Source: a bacterium
GTDB taxonomy: Bacteria; SAR324; NAC60-12
NCBI GenBank assembly: GCA_965205865.1
Contig: CBDBHR010000029.1
Coordinates: 672,001-736,000 of the forward strand
Reading direction: 5' to 3'
Length of the DNA stretch: 64,000 bases
In this document: in pieces, positions 1 through 11,332 of the stretch
Numbering within the stretch: position 1 is the stretch's first letter
Layout: the number at the start of each line of letters is the position of its first letter
Notes under the pieces: model-generated
What the model saw: only the letters and a program-made list of their open reading frames with translations
The model's database searches: none
What the model was told of the DNA's origin: nothing
Program-made: the position numbers and the translations under genes

Positions 1-41
1 GTGAGGTTTAACGATCTCACGGCGTTTATTTTTTGTCAATA

Positions 42-950
42 TCAACCCCCCAGGCAAAGTTTCAAGGTATCGGTGAACATGTTTTCATTGCGTCTATGGT
101 TGTATTTGAAGCATGATTCGCCGATATAAAGATGCGCATACCGACGACTATACCAGTGATGTTGGCCATACCATGCGCGTTTTAAAAGACTCCAAAAACT
201 CTCAATCGTGTTTGTGTGGATATTCCCGTCTACGAATTGCTTTTCATGATCAACAGAATAATGAAATATTTCATCTTTCATTGCTCGGTACCCTGAATAT
301 TGATCCGTCATCAAAACAGCCTTCGCCAGGTCAACGTGCTCCTTCAGCATCTCTTTGAAATTCTTGTTCGATAAGGACTTGTCATCAAAGAGCTCTGCCG
401 CAACTCCCCCCTTACGCTCCGCAATACCTACAACAGGAAGCTTTTTTGTTCCCCTACCACGCTTGTTGTCATCATCCCTGTCTTCCTTCTTGTTCTCCTT
501 CCTGGGCTTTCCTCCGACATAGGTTTCATCCATCTCGACGATTCCTTTGAATAGACGTTGTTGCTCGCCATCTTTTCCCATGGCTTCCCGGATTCGTTTC
601 CCGAATGACCAGGCAGTTTTGACACTCAAATCCAAGTCTCTTCCGAGTTGACGGTTTGAAATTGATTTCTTGGCATTCAAAACGAGAACGATCCCCAGGA
701 ACCATTTTCTCAAGGAAAGTTTGCTGTTATGGAAGATCGTATTGACGGTTGCCGAAAAAGAACGATGGCAGGATTGACATTGAAGCCGGCTTCTTTGGTT
801 CTTTTCTTTGTGTCTCGACACCTTCTGGGAATGACAGTAGGGACACTCTGGTTTATCGCTCCATCGTAGATTTTCAAGATGCTTCAGTGCTTCTTCTTCT
901 GTTGGGAATTTATTGATTATTTCCATGAGACTTGTGCTTTTCATTTTCAA
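42..950 (-). mobile_element. IS1595 family transposase (Zn ribbon + ISXO2-like DDE domain)
   Basis: CPYC..CQSC zinc ribbon, VEMDETYVGG, LMTD and HTNTIESFWSLLKR motifs typical of IS1595; element ends not resolved. Confidence 0.92.
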
Positions 951-1082
951 TCTCCTCTGATAGATTCTTGTTTAATTCATTTGAATCTATCATAGCAGAT
1001 TCCAAGTATATGCCAAGCCTTTTTGTCTATCATTCCGAAAATTTTTAAAGGCTCAAGGAGTCAATTAACCCTCTTATAAACC

Positions 1083-3500
1083 CTATTGAAAATTGTACGG
1101 ATTAATGTCAATGGCAATACGGTCTTCTCTGCGAGGGTTCAGCGGGGTAGGTGAGTGAAGGGCAGATTGCAACAGTAGATGTAAATAATTCACTTGGGGC
1201 GCTTTTAGAATCACCATCCAACGATAACGATTATTAATTCTTTTTATGGGTGCTTCGATAGGCCCTAGAGAGTCGAATCCTATTTTTTTTTCAGTCATCA
1301 GGTTTTGATAAAATAAATGCGCAAGAGTTTGAGCCCGGTCATTTTTTAGACTGCTAAATAGTACGAGTACCATAGCTACAAAAGGAGGTACCTTCAATTG
1401 CTGACGATTATGAAACTCCCTTTGTTGAAACTGCGAAAAGTCGTGATCCCGTGTACACTGCAGGGCATGATGTAAAGGATTATAAGTTTGAATAAGAACT
1501 TCCCCTGGCTTACTGCCCCGCCCTGCCCGTCCCGCGACTTGAGTCAATAGTTGAAATGTCCGTTCTGCAGAGCGAAAATCAGAAAAATTGAGAGACAGGT
1601 CTGCCAGAATGACCCCGACAAATGTGATATTGGCAAAATCATGTCCCTTGGTGACGAGTTGGGTACCGATGATGATGTCCACTTCATGTGATCGAATTTG
1701 ATCCAGCATTTGCCCCAGAGTGTGTTTGCGCCGCAAGGTATCACGATCCATTCTCAATATTCGTGCTTCCGGAAACATAGTTTGCAGTTCCGAAACAATT
1801 TGTTCCGTTCCAACTCCTCGTTTTTTGAGATCATTAACTGCGCAGTGAGGACAATATTGAGGTGGAGACATACTATGGTCACATAGATGACACAGGAGCT
1901 TGTTCACGCTTTGATGATAAACCAGACTGAGACTGCAATGCGGGCATGTGACTACTCCTTCGCAGGAAGCGCATTGTACCATTGTGGCATATCCACGTCG
2001 ATTCAAAAACAGCAGACTTTGTTCTTTATTCAAGAGCCGCACGCGTAATGCGTCAACCATCTGAGTAGAAAAAAAATGACTGCCTTTTTGACGGGGACAA
2101 TGTTTCAGATTTAACAAAACTACTTTTGGTAGCGCTGCCTGATGGATTCGAGACGGGAGAGTGAGGAGAATATTTTTTTTTTTGATGATATTGTAATAAG
2201 ACTCTAACGAGGGAGTAGCCGATCCTAAAACGACGGTGGCACCAGTACGGTATCCTCGAAATATTGCTACATCTCTTCCATTATAGCGTGGAGATTCTTC
2301 CTGTTTGTAAGAACTATCATGTTCTTCGTCGATAATAATTAGCCCGATATTGTTAAGAGGCGCAAAAACAGCGCTTCGCGCGCCAATGACGATCGAAATG
2401 TCTCCTTGCAGAATTTTACACCACTCATCAAATCGTTCCCCTTCATCCATTCCGCTATGTAGAACCGCAATACAATCTCCAAAACGAGCCTGAAATCGAT
2501 CGATCAACTGAGGGGTCAGAGAAATCTCGGGCACCAGTATCAGTGATTGTTTCCCTTTGGCCTGGGCTTTTCTGACAGCATGCAGATAGACTTCCGTTTT
2601 TCCGCTTCCAGTGACGCCGTGTAAGAGAAATGTTTGATATTTTTCCTGTTCGATCGCAATATCAATGCGACTATAGGCTAATTCCTGATCTTCATTGAGA
2701 GCCAGAAACGGTTCCAAAAGAGGAGAAGGAGTTTGCAGAAACCGTCGATACACCCGTTTTTCAAATATTTCAATTATGCCGTCCTCTTTGAGCTTTTTCA
2801 CCGCCTGTGCAGGTGTTGGCACTTGATTTTTCAAGGATGCCAAGGATATTTCAGCATTTTTTTGTAGCAAAAATAGAATTTTTTCTTTTTTTGTCTGCTT
2901 GCGAAGATTTCTCTTTTTTGTGGAATAAGAGATCGTAGTCAACCTTGCCCAACGTTCGAGTTTGGGTTTTATTTTTGTACCTCTGAGTGTTTGAATACGC
3001 TCGACTGATCTTTCTCTGATCCATTGATTCAACTGTTTTCGATCCTTCTCTGTGGCACCTGCTTTCAGCCAGTCTCGCGAACTCCAGACGCTTTGAGCAC
3101 GGACCAGCTTTTGAAGCGGTAAACTGAGATTTTGCAAACCCTCAAGTTGCTTTTTTTCAATGGAACATTGAAATGAAGTGTGGAAGCGAACACCCAAGCC
3201 TCCGGGGATAGCGCAGCTCAATACCTCACCCCAACTGCAAAAATAATACGCTGCTACCCACCGGGTCAATTCCAATATATTCTCAAAAAAAATCGGATCA
3301 TTGTCCAATACGGATTCCACCTGCTTTAAATCGGAAATTTCAGAAGAAGATTTAATTTTGACAATGACTCCACTTTTTTTCCGCGTACCAAAAGGAACTA
3401 ATACTCGAATTCCTGGTTGAGGGGTAATATTTAGTTGTGCGGGCCAATCGTAGTCAAAGTTTTGTCGGAGGGGCAAATTGAATGCAATTTCAACAACCAT
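1083..3500 (-). CDS. priA: Primosomal protein N' (helicase)
   Basis: GVTGSGKTEVY, DEEH, Cys-rich Zn region, QVAGRAGR. Confidence 0.97.
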   Translation of the reverse strand: MVVEIAFNLPLRQNFDYDWPAQLNITPQPGIRVLVPFGTRKKSGVIVKIKSSSEISDLKQVESVLDNDPIFFENILELTRWVAAYYFCSWGEVLSCAIPGGLGVRFHTSFQCSIEKKQLEGLQNLSLPLQKLVRAQSVWSSRDWLKAGATEKDRKQLNQWIRERSVERIQTLRGTKIKPKLERWARLTTISYSTKKRNLRKQTKKEKILFLLQKNAEISLASLKNQVPTPAQAVKKLKEDGIIEIFEKRVYRRFLQTPSPLLEPFLALNEDQELAYSRIDIAIEQEKYQTFLLHGVTGSGKTEVYLHAVRKAQAKGKQSLILVPEISLTPQLIDRFQARFGDCIAVLHSGMDEGERFDEWCKILQGDISIVIGARSAVFAPLNNIGLIIIDEEHDSSYKQEESPRYNGRDVAIFRGYRTGATVVLGSATPSLESYYNIIKKKNILLTLPSRIHQAALPKVVLLNLKHCPRQKGSHFFSTQMVDALRVRLLNKEQSLLFLNRRGYATMVQCASCEGVVTCPHCSLSLVYHQSVNKLLCHLCDHSMSPPQYCPHCAVNDLKKRGVGTEQIVSELQTMFPEARILRMDRDTLRRKHTLGQMLDQIRSHEVDIIIGTQLVTKGHDFANITFVGVILADLSLNFSDFRSAERTFQLLTQVAGRAGRGSKPGEVLIQTYNPLHHALQCTRDHDFSQFQQREFHNRQQLKVPPFVAMVLVLFSSLKNDRAQTLAHLFYQNLMTEKKIGFDSLGPIEAPIKRINNRYRWMVILKAPQVNYLHLLLQSALHSPTPLNPRREDRIAIDINPYNFQ

Positions 3501-3705
3501 ATTTTTTTTAAAGACGACGGAAAATTTTTTAGCGGAGATGTAATTTAAACGTTAGGAATATGATTTGGAAGCATTTTATTTAATAGGATGAATAAGTCAT
3601 TCAACACGGCGATTCGCCCAATTTCAGAGGTCTCTGGTTCATGGAGAACGTATCTTGCGAGGCAGTCAGGATTTTTTTAGTAGAATTAGTTCAAAAAATA
3701 AAAAG

Positions 3706-5685
3706 TCAGGTGCTTAATCCAATCAATTTGTTTTTCAACAAGGCAATTTGATCTCGTAACTCAGCAGCTCTTTCAAAATTAAGAATTTCGGCTGCCTGGC
3801 GCATTTCTGCTTCGTGTGCTTTAATTTGGGAATCCAACTGGCCGGTATTTTGATAGGAAACAGGCGTCTCTGCGACTAAGGGCGCGTCTTCGGCAGAAAC
3901 TAGTGAGTCTTGTATACGTTTGTAAACGGTCTGAGGGGTGATACGGTGTCTTAGGTTATAAGCTTTTTGTTTCTCGCGTCGTTGTTCGGTCAATTGGATT
4001 GCATTTTTCATTGAATCGGTGATGCGATCGGCATACATAATCACTGTTCCATTGACGTTTCGCGATGCACGACCAATCGTTTGAATCAGAGAAGTACTTG
4101 ATCGTAAAAAGCCTTCTTTATCAGCATCGAAAATCCCCACCAAGGATACTTCAGGGAGATCAAGGCCTTCCCGCAAAAGGTTGATTCCGATCAAGACGCT
4201 GAAGGCACCTTTTCTCAAGTTATAAAGAATCTGGGTTCGCTCGATGGCGTCGATATCAGAGTGCATGTAGCGGACTGGAACATTCAGGTCTTCGTAATAT
4301 TCGGTCAAGTCTTCCGCCATCCGCTTGGTCAAGGTAGTGATGAGTACGCGTTCCTTTCTTTCCAGTCGGATACGTAGTTCATGGAGCATGTCATCGACCT
4401 GTCCCATCATTGGGCGGACCTCAACTAGCGGATCCAATAATCCCGTTGGACGAATAACTTGTTCAACCACTGTACTATTCTTTTGTGCCAACTCGTAAGG
4501 ACCCGGAGTTGCCGAAACATAGACGCGTTGTTGAGTTGTCGCTTCAAATTCCTTGAATTTGAAAGGTCGGTTGTCCAAGGCGGAAGGAAGACGGAAGCCA
4601 TATTCAACCAAAGTGGATTTGCGAGTAAAATCCCCCTCATACATGCCTCTCAATTGCGGCATGGTAACATGGCTTTCGTCGATGAAAATCAACGCGTCCT
4701 TGGGAAAATAATCGATCAGTGTCGGAGATGCGGAACCAGGGGGCCGACGCTGGATAATCCGACTATAGTTTTCAATTCCCTTGCAAAAGCCTGTTTCTTC
4801 CATCATTTCCAAATCATATTCAGTTCTTTGTTTCAACCGTTGGAGTTCGACAATTTTTCCTTGTTTGTCAAATTCTTCTAAGCGTTTTTTTAATTCTTGC
4901 CGAATCATTTTCAGGGTCGTGGGCAATCGATTCGCCGGAGTGACATAATGGGAATTGGGAAAAATTGCGATGCGGGATAAAGTATCGATTTTTTTCCCGG
5001 TAAGGGGATCGAATTTCGTCAACTGCTCCACTTCATCACCAAACAATTCGACTCGAATCGCAAAATCCGATTCAGCCATATAAATGTCAATGACATCGCC
5101 CCTCACCCGAAAGGCGCCCCGATGAAAATCGATATCATTGCGTTCGTAGCGCAACTCGATTAATCGTTGCAATAGAGAGTTTCTGGAAAGTTGGTCTCCA
5201 GTTCTAAAAAAAAGCATCATGTCTCCGTATTCTTGCGGAGATCCCAAACCATAAATACAGGAAACGCTGCTAACAATGACGACATCTTCTCTTTCTATAA
5301 GCGAACGGGTTGCGGAAAGGCGAAGCCTCTCCAATTCATCGTTGATGGATGTATCTTTTTCAATATACAAATCACGGCTCGCAACATAAGCTTCTGGTTG
5401 GTAATAGTCATAAAAACTGACGAAATATTCGATCGCATTGTTTGGAAAATAATCCTTGAATTCATTGTAAAGTTGGGCGGCCAGAGTTTTATTATGGGCG
5501 ATAACCAGTGTGGGACGTTGCCAATGTTGAATAATGTTGGCCATAGTGAAAGTTTTTCCGGAACCGGTAATTCCCAGTAATACCTGATGCCTTTTATTTT
5601 GCTTCAGGCTGTCCAACAGAGTTTGGATCGCTTGAGGCTGATCTCCTTTGGGAGCATAATCCGCACTGAGTTCAAACTGAGACAC
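3706..5685 (-). CDS. uvrB: Excinuclease ABC subunit B
   Basis: GITGSGKTFT, YYQPEAY beta-hairpin, GINLLREGLDLPEV, C-terminal UVR motif. Confidence 0.98.
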   Translation of the reverse strand: MSQFELSADYAPKGDQPQAIQTLLDSLKQNKRHQVLLGITGSGKTFTMANIIQHWQRPTLVIAHNKTLAAQLYNEFKDYFPNNAIEYFVSFYDYYQPEAYVASRDLYIEKDTSINDELERLRLSATRSLIEREDVVIVSSVSCIYGLGSPQEYGDMMLFFRTGDQLSRNSLLQRLIELRYERNDIDFHRGAFRVRGDVIDIYMAESDFAIRVELFGDEVEQLTKFDPLTGKKIDTLSRIAIFPNSHYVTPANRLPTTLKMIRQELKKRLEEFDKQGKIVELQRLKQRTEYDLEMMEETGFCKGIENYSRIIQRRPPGSASPTLIDYFPKDALIFIDESHVTMPQLRGMYEGDFTRKSTLVEYGFRLPSALDNRPFKFKEFEATTQQRVYVSATPGPYELAQKNSTVVEQVIRPTGLLDPLVEVRPMMGQVDDMLHELRIRLERKERVLITTLTKRMAEDLTEYYEDLNVPVRYMHSDIDAIERTQILYNLRKGAFSVLIGINLLREGLDLPEVSLVGIFDADKEGFLRSSTSLIQTIGRASRNVNGTVIMYADRITDSMKNAIQLTEQRREKQKAYNLRHRITPQTVYKRIQDSLVSAEDAPLVAETPVSYQNTGQLDSQIKAHEAEMRQAAEILNFERAAELRDQIALLKNKLIGLST

Positions 5686-5746
5686 AAGACCGAAATCCTC
5701 GAAGACAGGTAGTCTGTTTTTTCAGCAGAGATTCTCCAGAATTTCT

Positions 5747-6559
5747 TTATAAATCAATCACCGGGGAAGGCCACTGTACATCTTGATCATCGTAATAAAC
5801 TTTTAGCACATATAGACCATAAGGAGGAGCGGTTTTTCCACTTTTCTGACGATCTTTGCTTTGCAGAATATCAGGAATATCCTCCGGAAATAGACGCTGT
5901 TCTCCCACGGCAACTAAGGTACCGGTGATGATCCGAACCATGTGCTGTAAAAATGAATTCGCCTCAACTTCGATGCGTATGGAAGCATAAGGAGTATGGA
6001 TGGGAGAGACAACCAAGTCTTTAATGGTCTTCACAGGAGAAGGAGCCAAACATTGAGATGCACGAAAGGCAGAAAAGTCATGTTCTCCAATAAAGTGCCT
6101 GGCTGCTTGCCGCATTGCTTTTAAATTCAATGATTTACGGAGCCACCAACTATAATGGGAATTGAATGGAGAAGGGTAGGATTTGTTATGAATAAGATAG
6201 CGATACCGTTTTGCAAAGCAACTACGACGGGCATGAAACGTGGACGAAACAGGTAATACATACTTTACGGCGACGTCAGCAGGAAGAACCGCATTAAGAG
6301 CAGAACACCAACTTTCGGCAGAAAAGTTTGCGTCCGAAAAAAAATGCGCAGTTTGATTGATAGCGTGTACTTTGCTGTCTGTCCGTCCCGCACCAAAAAC
6401 TTTTACAGCACTTCCTGTTAGGGTAAGGATTGCTTTTTCAAGCTCCCCCTCGATTGTATTTTTATCATTTTGGATTTGCCATCCATGATAATTGAATCCA
6501 TCGTACGAGAGGAGTATGAGCCAATTGCGGAGTGAGGGATTATCTTCCAAAAAAACCAA
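5747..6559 (-). CDS. truA: tRNA pseudouridine(38-40) synthase
   Basis: YDG..YHGWQ, GAGRTDSKVHA, HDFSAF, FLQHMVR. Confidence 0.96.
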   Translation of the reverse strand: MVFLEDNPSLRNWLILLSYDGFNYHGWQIQNDKNTIEGELEKAILTLTGSAVKVFGAGRTDSKVHAINQTAHFFSDANFSAESWCSALNAVLPADVAVKYVLPVSSTFHARRSCFAKRYRYLIHNKSYPSPFNSHYSWWLRKSLNLKAMRQAARHFIGEHDFSAFRASQCLAPSPVKTIKDLVVSPIHTPYASIRIEVEANSFLQHMVRIITGTLVAVGEQRLFPEDIPDILQSKDRQKSGKTAPPYGLYVLKVYYDDQDVQWPSPVIDL

Positions 6560-6566
6560 TCATCTT

Positions 6567-6893
6567 TCAATTGACAAGAGCGCGGTCTACCATTTCTCTG
6601 ATTTTTTGAGGACTATTCCCGGTAAACATATCGGTTTGTTCCCCATTTCTAAATAGAATCACAGTAGGGATTCCCCGAATACCAAAACGTGCTGGAATCG
6701 ACTGATTGTGGTCCACATCAACTTTACACACTTTCAAGCGGCCATCATAAGTGTTGGCCAATTCATTGATTGCCGGAGCCAATGCCAAACAGGGACCGCA
6801 CCATTCTGCCCAGAAATCGACTAAGGCCAAACCAGATTTAATTTCTTCATCAAAATTTGCGTCGGTTAGATGAATGACTTTATCAAGTGACAT
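6567..6893 (-). CDS. trxA: Thioredoxin
   Basis: WCGPC active site; start moved to the ATG at 6893 (AGAGG upstream), giving 108 aa. Confidence 0.95.
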   Translation of the reverse strand: MSLDKVIHLTDANFDEEIKSGLALVDFWAEWCGPCLALAPAINELANTYDGRLKVCKVDVDHNQSIPARFGIRGIPTVILFRNGEQTDMFTGNSPQKIREMVDRALVN

Positions 6894-7095
6894 GTTTTTC
6901 CTCTGTTTAAAGGTGGTTGTCATTGTTCCCCGAAAGAGGTTCGGAATCCCGATTCCAACTCCTCTCAATTATTAGTGCTCAAATCGTCGAAGTTTCCGGT
7001 TTCTCAGCAATTACACTTCAATTTGTAAATTCAAAAACCAAAATGAATTAAGAAGAAACGATTTGATCGGGTTCGGTTTTTTCATTTAAGTGGTT

Positions 7096-8043
7096 TTAGG
7101 CTATTAATTCTGCTGCTGATTGACCAAGCTGACCGGAATTCGCAACAGATTTTAGTTTTCTTTCAATGTAAAATTCTGCAGCCCGATAAGAACTGCGAAC
7201 CAAAGGACCGGAAGCAACGTACTCGAATCCCATATGTTCACCGATTTTAGCCAACTCTTCAAATTCATCAGGATGTACGAAGCGGGACTCTCTCAGTTTA
7301 GAAGGAGCGGGTTGTAAATACTGACCAAGCGTTAAAAAATTGACATCTATTTGCCGCAAATCTTCCATGGCCTTAATGATTTCATCCTGGGTTTCTCCCA
7401 ACCCCAGCATCAAAGACGACTTGGTCGAAATCTGAGGATTTTGCTGTTTAATGGTCTGCAACACTTGCAATGATCTTTGGTATCCTGCCCGTGGGTCTCT
7501 TACTTTGGGAGTCAGTCTTTCCACAGTTTCCAAATTGTGAGCCAGAACATGAGGTTGGGCGGCGACCACCGTTTGAATCAAAGTCGGGATTCCACAAAAA
7601 TCAGGAATCAGTATTTCAACCAGCAACCCTGGATTCTTCTGCTTGACAGATCGAATCGACGCCGCGATATGCCGGGCTCCCTGATCTGGAAGATCGTCCC
7701 GGTCCACACTGGTGATTACCACGTAATTCAATCTCATTTGAAAAATAGTCTCTGCTAGCTTTCGAGGTTCTGCCAAATCCAAAGGAAGTGGGGTTTTAGT
7801 CGTTTTCACAGAGCAGAATCTGCATCCTCGCGTGCATGTGTCTCCCATCAACATAAAGGTAGCCGTTCCTCCCTGCCAGCACTCTCCGATATTTGGACAA
7901 CGAGCTTCCTGACAAACAGTGCTCAGTCGGAGCGTCCCGGACTTTTCTTTAATCCAGTTATACTTCTCCCCACGTGGCAGCCGCACTTTGAGCCAAATCG
8001 GTTTTGGTGATCGAGACCTTTGCTTTTTGGAAAAATTGCTCAT
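7096..8043 (-). CDS. lipA: Lipoyl synthase
   Basis: CQEARCPNIGEC and CTRGCRFC motifs, RSSY. Confidence 0.97.
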   Translation of the reverse strand: MSNFSKKQRSRSPKPIWLKVRLPRGEKYNWIKEKSGTLRLSTVCQEARCPNIGECWQGGTATFMLMGDTCTRGCRFCSVKTTKTPLPLDLAEPRKLAETIFQMRLNYVVITSVDRDDLPDQGARHIAASIRSVKQKNPGLLVEILIPDFCGIPTLIQTVVAAQPHVLAHNLETVERLTPKVRDPRAGYQRSLQVLQTIKQQNPQISTKSSLMLGLGETQDEIIKAMEDLRQIDVNFLTLGQYLQPAPSKLRESRFVHPDEFEELAKIGEHMGFEYVASGPLVRSSYRAAEFYIERKLKSVANSGQLGQSAAELIA

Positions 8044-8155
8044 AATGCATTAAAAATCTGGATTTGTTCTATTCCTAATTTCTCATGGATGCTCTGAATT
8101 TTAGGATTAATTGAATTCAATCACAAGGATTTTTTCCGACCTTTGAAGGCGACTG

Positions 8156-8349
8156 ACCTCTACGCCCACTTGGCCGGTTCATCCCCGTTGTCATATGAAG
8201 TTGGTGGCTAAACTTCTTCAAACCAGATGCAGGTTGCTACAACGCGAATGAGAAAGCCTACCAGAAAAGCCCGGACTGAATGTCGATCAATACCGTTGCC
8301 ATCCAGCCCCGAACCGACTTCGGCTTCTACCGGAAGGGGTACGGAGGGT
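8156..8349 (-). ncRNA. ssrS: Probable 6S RNA
   Basis: About 190 nt; the 5' end (CCUCCGUACCCCUU-CCGGU) pairs with the 3' end (ACCGG..AAGUGGGCGUAGAGG), giving a rod-like fold; lies immediately downstream of zapB, a usual ssrS context. Confidence 0.7.
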
Positions 8350-8366
8350 TTGAAAATGAAAGGAGG

Positions 8367-8654
8367 TTACGCAGAAAAATCGGGTTCGCTTGAATCGTCC
8401 TCTCCAGAAGAATTATTTCCTTCAGGAGAAACATCCACTGCGGTTTCTGCTTCTGCTACATTAGTTCCTACAGTTTCTTCAAGTTGTTCAAATTTTCCAA
8501 TCAGGTTGGTCAATTTTTCTTCCCATTGAGAGCGTACTTCTCTCAGTGTGGTATTCTCTTCCGTTAGTTCCTCGATTTCTGCTTTCAGAAGCTCAACCAA
8601 TTCTACAGCATATTGAACTTTATTTTCTAAAGTTTTAAGCAAATCTTCTGACAT
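8367..8654 (-). CDS. zapB: Cell division protein ZapB-like coiled coil
   Basis: LENKVQYAVELVELLKAEIEEL..W..KL..L.GK pattern of ZapB. Confidence 0.75.
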   Translation of the reverse strand: MSEDLLKTLENKVQYAVELVELLKAEIEELTEENTTLREVRSQWEEKLTNLIGKFEQLEETVGTNVAEAETAVDVSPEGNNSSGEDDSSEPDFSA

Positions 8655-8793
8655 GACTCATTTCCCTATGATGAAGTTAGGACTGACAAATTACAGTTTG
8701 GTAGAAGTGAAGTTATATGGAATAGCAATTTTTACGAGAAAAGTAAATCTTAGGTTATCACGGTGCCAAAAGAAATGAACAATCCAAACATTG

Positions 8794-10767
8794 TCAGATG
8801 GCAACCGCCTTGTTTTGTTTATAAAAACGGATTGTTTTTTTGGATTTCTGAGGAAGACACTCCCATTTTTTGAGAATTGCGTCAAGCACCAGTGTGACAC
8901 TCAATCCTGCCTCTTCCTGCTGCTGTTCCTGACTGCCTTGGGGAATGAACTCATCGGGTACGCCAAGGATCAAGGTCAAGGGAGCTAGTCCATGTTCACT
9001 TAATTTCTCCAGAACGGCACTGCCGAATCCTCCGTGGACCGTATTTTCCTCCATGGTCACCAAGAGTTTGCTCTTCCGGCCAAATCGCAGGATCAATTCA
9101 GAATCAAGTGGTTTGACAAAACGGGCGTTGATTACGGCAACGGAATACCCTCGTTTTTCCAGGAGTTTTGATACTTCCAGAGCGGTTTTTACCATTACTC
9201 CCACTGCCCATAAAGCGATATCATGACCTTCTTTCAACACCTGCGCGCGGCCCGCTTCAATGGGCGTGATTTCCGATTCATCCAGTTGATCGCTATTGCC
9301 CCGAGGATAGCGCACTGCGCAAGGACCTGAATCATACTGATAGGCAAAATCCATCATCACTTTCAACTCGGCGCCATTTTTAGGCACCAGGATGGTCATC
9401 CCCGGAATCATTCGCAAAAAGGTGAGATCGTATACCCCTTGATGAGTGGGGCCATCCGAACCAACAAGACCTGCCCGATCGATCATGAAACGAACCGGCA
9501 AATTCTGTATGGCAACATCGTGAATCACATGATCAATCGCACGTTGCAAGAAGGTGGAATAAATTGCCACAAAAGGTTTGAGACCAGTCGTTGCCATCCC
9601 TGCGGCAAAAGTTACGCAATGTCCCTCCGCAATTCCTACATCAAAAATGCGGTCAGGATATTTCGCCAGCAAATGGATCATTCCGGATCCACTGAGCATG
9701 GCAGGGCTGATGCCGACAACTCTCCGATCATGTTCCATCAAGTCTTCAAGTTTTTCTCCAAAGATTTTGGAATAATTCATCGCCTTGGGATTGGAATTTG
9801 CTTTTTTGATAAATTCACCACTTTCTGGGACAAAAGGAGTAACACCATGATATTTGTACGCATCATTTTCTGCAAATGAATAACCCCTGCCTTTTTGAGT
9901 AAGGGCGTGGATGACAATGGGACTTTTTAGTTCTTTGGCATCACCTAAAATCTCGAGCAAATCTGGAATGTTGTGTCCATCGATAGGGCCAAAATAGCGC
10001 CAACCGAGCTGCTCGAACAGCATGCCGGGAATGATGAATGCCTTGAGAGAAGCATTGATTTTATGCATTCCAGCCCGGACAATCTCGGAAAATGGAATCC
10101 TGCCTGCTATTTCCCATGCTTCCTCCCTGAAACGATTGTAGGATTTGGAGGAAATGACGCGGGTGATAACTTTGGACAAGGCTCCGACATTGGGGTCGAT
10201 ACTCATACCATTGTCGCTGAGAATGATGATCAAGTTCTTGCCTAGATAACCATTGTGATTGAGTGCTTCAAACGCCAGCCCCCCTGTCAATCCCCCGTCA
10301 CCTATGACAGCAATGATATGATGGTCTTGTTCACAAAGATCCCGGCCTACCGCCATTCCCAAAGATGCGGAAAGTGATGTAGACGCATGACCTGCACCAA
10401 AATGATCATAAGGACTTTCGGAGCGTGAAAGAAATTTCTTGATTCCATTTTTTTGAGTCAATGTTTCGAATCGCGCATTGCGCCCCGTAAGAATCTTGTG
10501 CGCATAGGCCTGATGCCCCACATCCCATACGATGCGGTCTGCCCGGAAATCAAAAAGTTTGAAGAGCGCAATTGTGATTTCGATGGATCCCAGGGACGAA
10601 GCCAGGTGCCCTCCCGTTTTACTGGTGACGTCGATAATTCGTTGACGGCACTCCTGGGAAAGTTGCATCAACTCTTGCAGAGTGAAATGATGAATTTGAT
10701 GAGGATCAGTAATAGAATCGAGTAAATTTTTTCGCATGATTTTATTGGATTCATTCGAAAGATTCAT
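8794..10767 (-). CDS. dxs: 1-deoxy-D-xylulose-5-phosphate synthase
   Basis: GGHLASSLG, WDVGHQAY, GDGGLTGG TPP motif, DRAGLVGSDGPTHQG; start may be MRKNL. Confidence 0.97.
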   Translation of the reverse strand: MNLSNESNKIMRKNLLDSITDPHQIHHFTLQELMQLSQECRQRIIDVTSKTGGHLASSLGSIEITIALFKLFDFRADRIVWDVGHQAYAHKILTGRNARFETLTQKNGIKKFLSRSESPYDHFGAGHASTSLSASLGMAVGRDLCEQDHHIIAVIGDGGLTGGLAFEALNHNGYLGKNLIIILSDNGMSIDPNVGALSKVITRVISSKSYNRFREEAWEIAGRIPFSEIVRAGMHKINASLKAFIIPGMLFEQLGWRYFGPIDGHNIPDLLEILGDAKELKSPIVIHALTQKGRGYSFAENDAYKYHGVTPFVPESGEFIKKANSNPKAMNYSKIFGEKLEDLMEHDRRVVGISPAMLSGSGMIHLLAKYPDRIFDVGIAEGHCVTFAAGMATTGLKPFVAIYSTFLQRAIDHVIHDVAIQNLPVRFMIDRAGLVGSDGPTHQGVYDLTFLRMIPGMTILVPKNGAELKVMMDFAYQYDSGPCAVRYPRGNSDQLDESEITPIEAGRAQVLKEGHDIALWAVGVMVKTALEVSKLLEKRGYSVAVINARFVKPLDSELILRFGRKSKLLVTMEENTVHGGFGSAVLEKLSEHGLAPLTLILGVPDEFIPQGSQEQQQEEAGLSVTLVLDAILKKWECLPQKSKKTIRFYKQNKAVAI

Positions 10768-11332
10768 GATCGTTTGGAATCATGACAATAACCCTGACTG
10801 CCCTTATACACCTTTCTAAGAGAATGGAAAGTCAATCAATGATGGATTTCATTCACCTGTTTGCCAAGGCGCATACATTACTTTGATGGATAAATTTACA
10901 CCAATGAGATGATATTCTCTTCCAACCCGAAAATAAAAGAGGAAATCGGCTGCCACTTTCCTCTATGGTTTCCCGGGATGGCCTCTTTCCATTCCAAATG
11001 CCGGAACTCGAGTTTGGCACCTTCTAAAATACCGATGCTCTCCCTCTCGAGTGTTGTTACCCTGAAAACCGGGGGAAACGCACCGGAAAACGCCGTCTAT
11101 TTGCAAAATAACAACACTCCAGAGGGTCAATTTTACTGAGAACAGACACCAACACTCCAGAGGGTGATTACCCATGAAAGAGGGTTCTCTTTTTATCCTC
11201 TTGTGAAGAAAATGAGGTCAGCTTCCACATTGGTTTCCATTCAAAAAATGAGAAATCACATGAAGAACTGGTAAAAAAGAGAGGAGGTGATTATACTCAA
11301 ATGCCAATGTCCAACCAATCGGAGCGAAAACT

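Noticed and set aside
1-1080. IS1595 terminal inverted repeats
   Set aside because: A candidate GGTTAATTGAC at about 1070 has no convincing partner in the window; the other end may lie outside it.
8150-8350. tmRNA (GGGGCTG motif on the minus strand)
   Set aside because: Too short, with no tRNA-like 3' end or tag peptide; a 6S-like rod fits better.
8227-8529. 100-aa plus-strand ORF
   Set aside because: Antisense to zapB and the probable 6S RNA; no recognisable motif.
11112-11166. CAACACTCCAGAGGGT repeated twice
   Set aside because: Only two copies; cannot assign to an element or operator.
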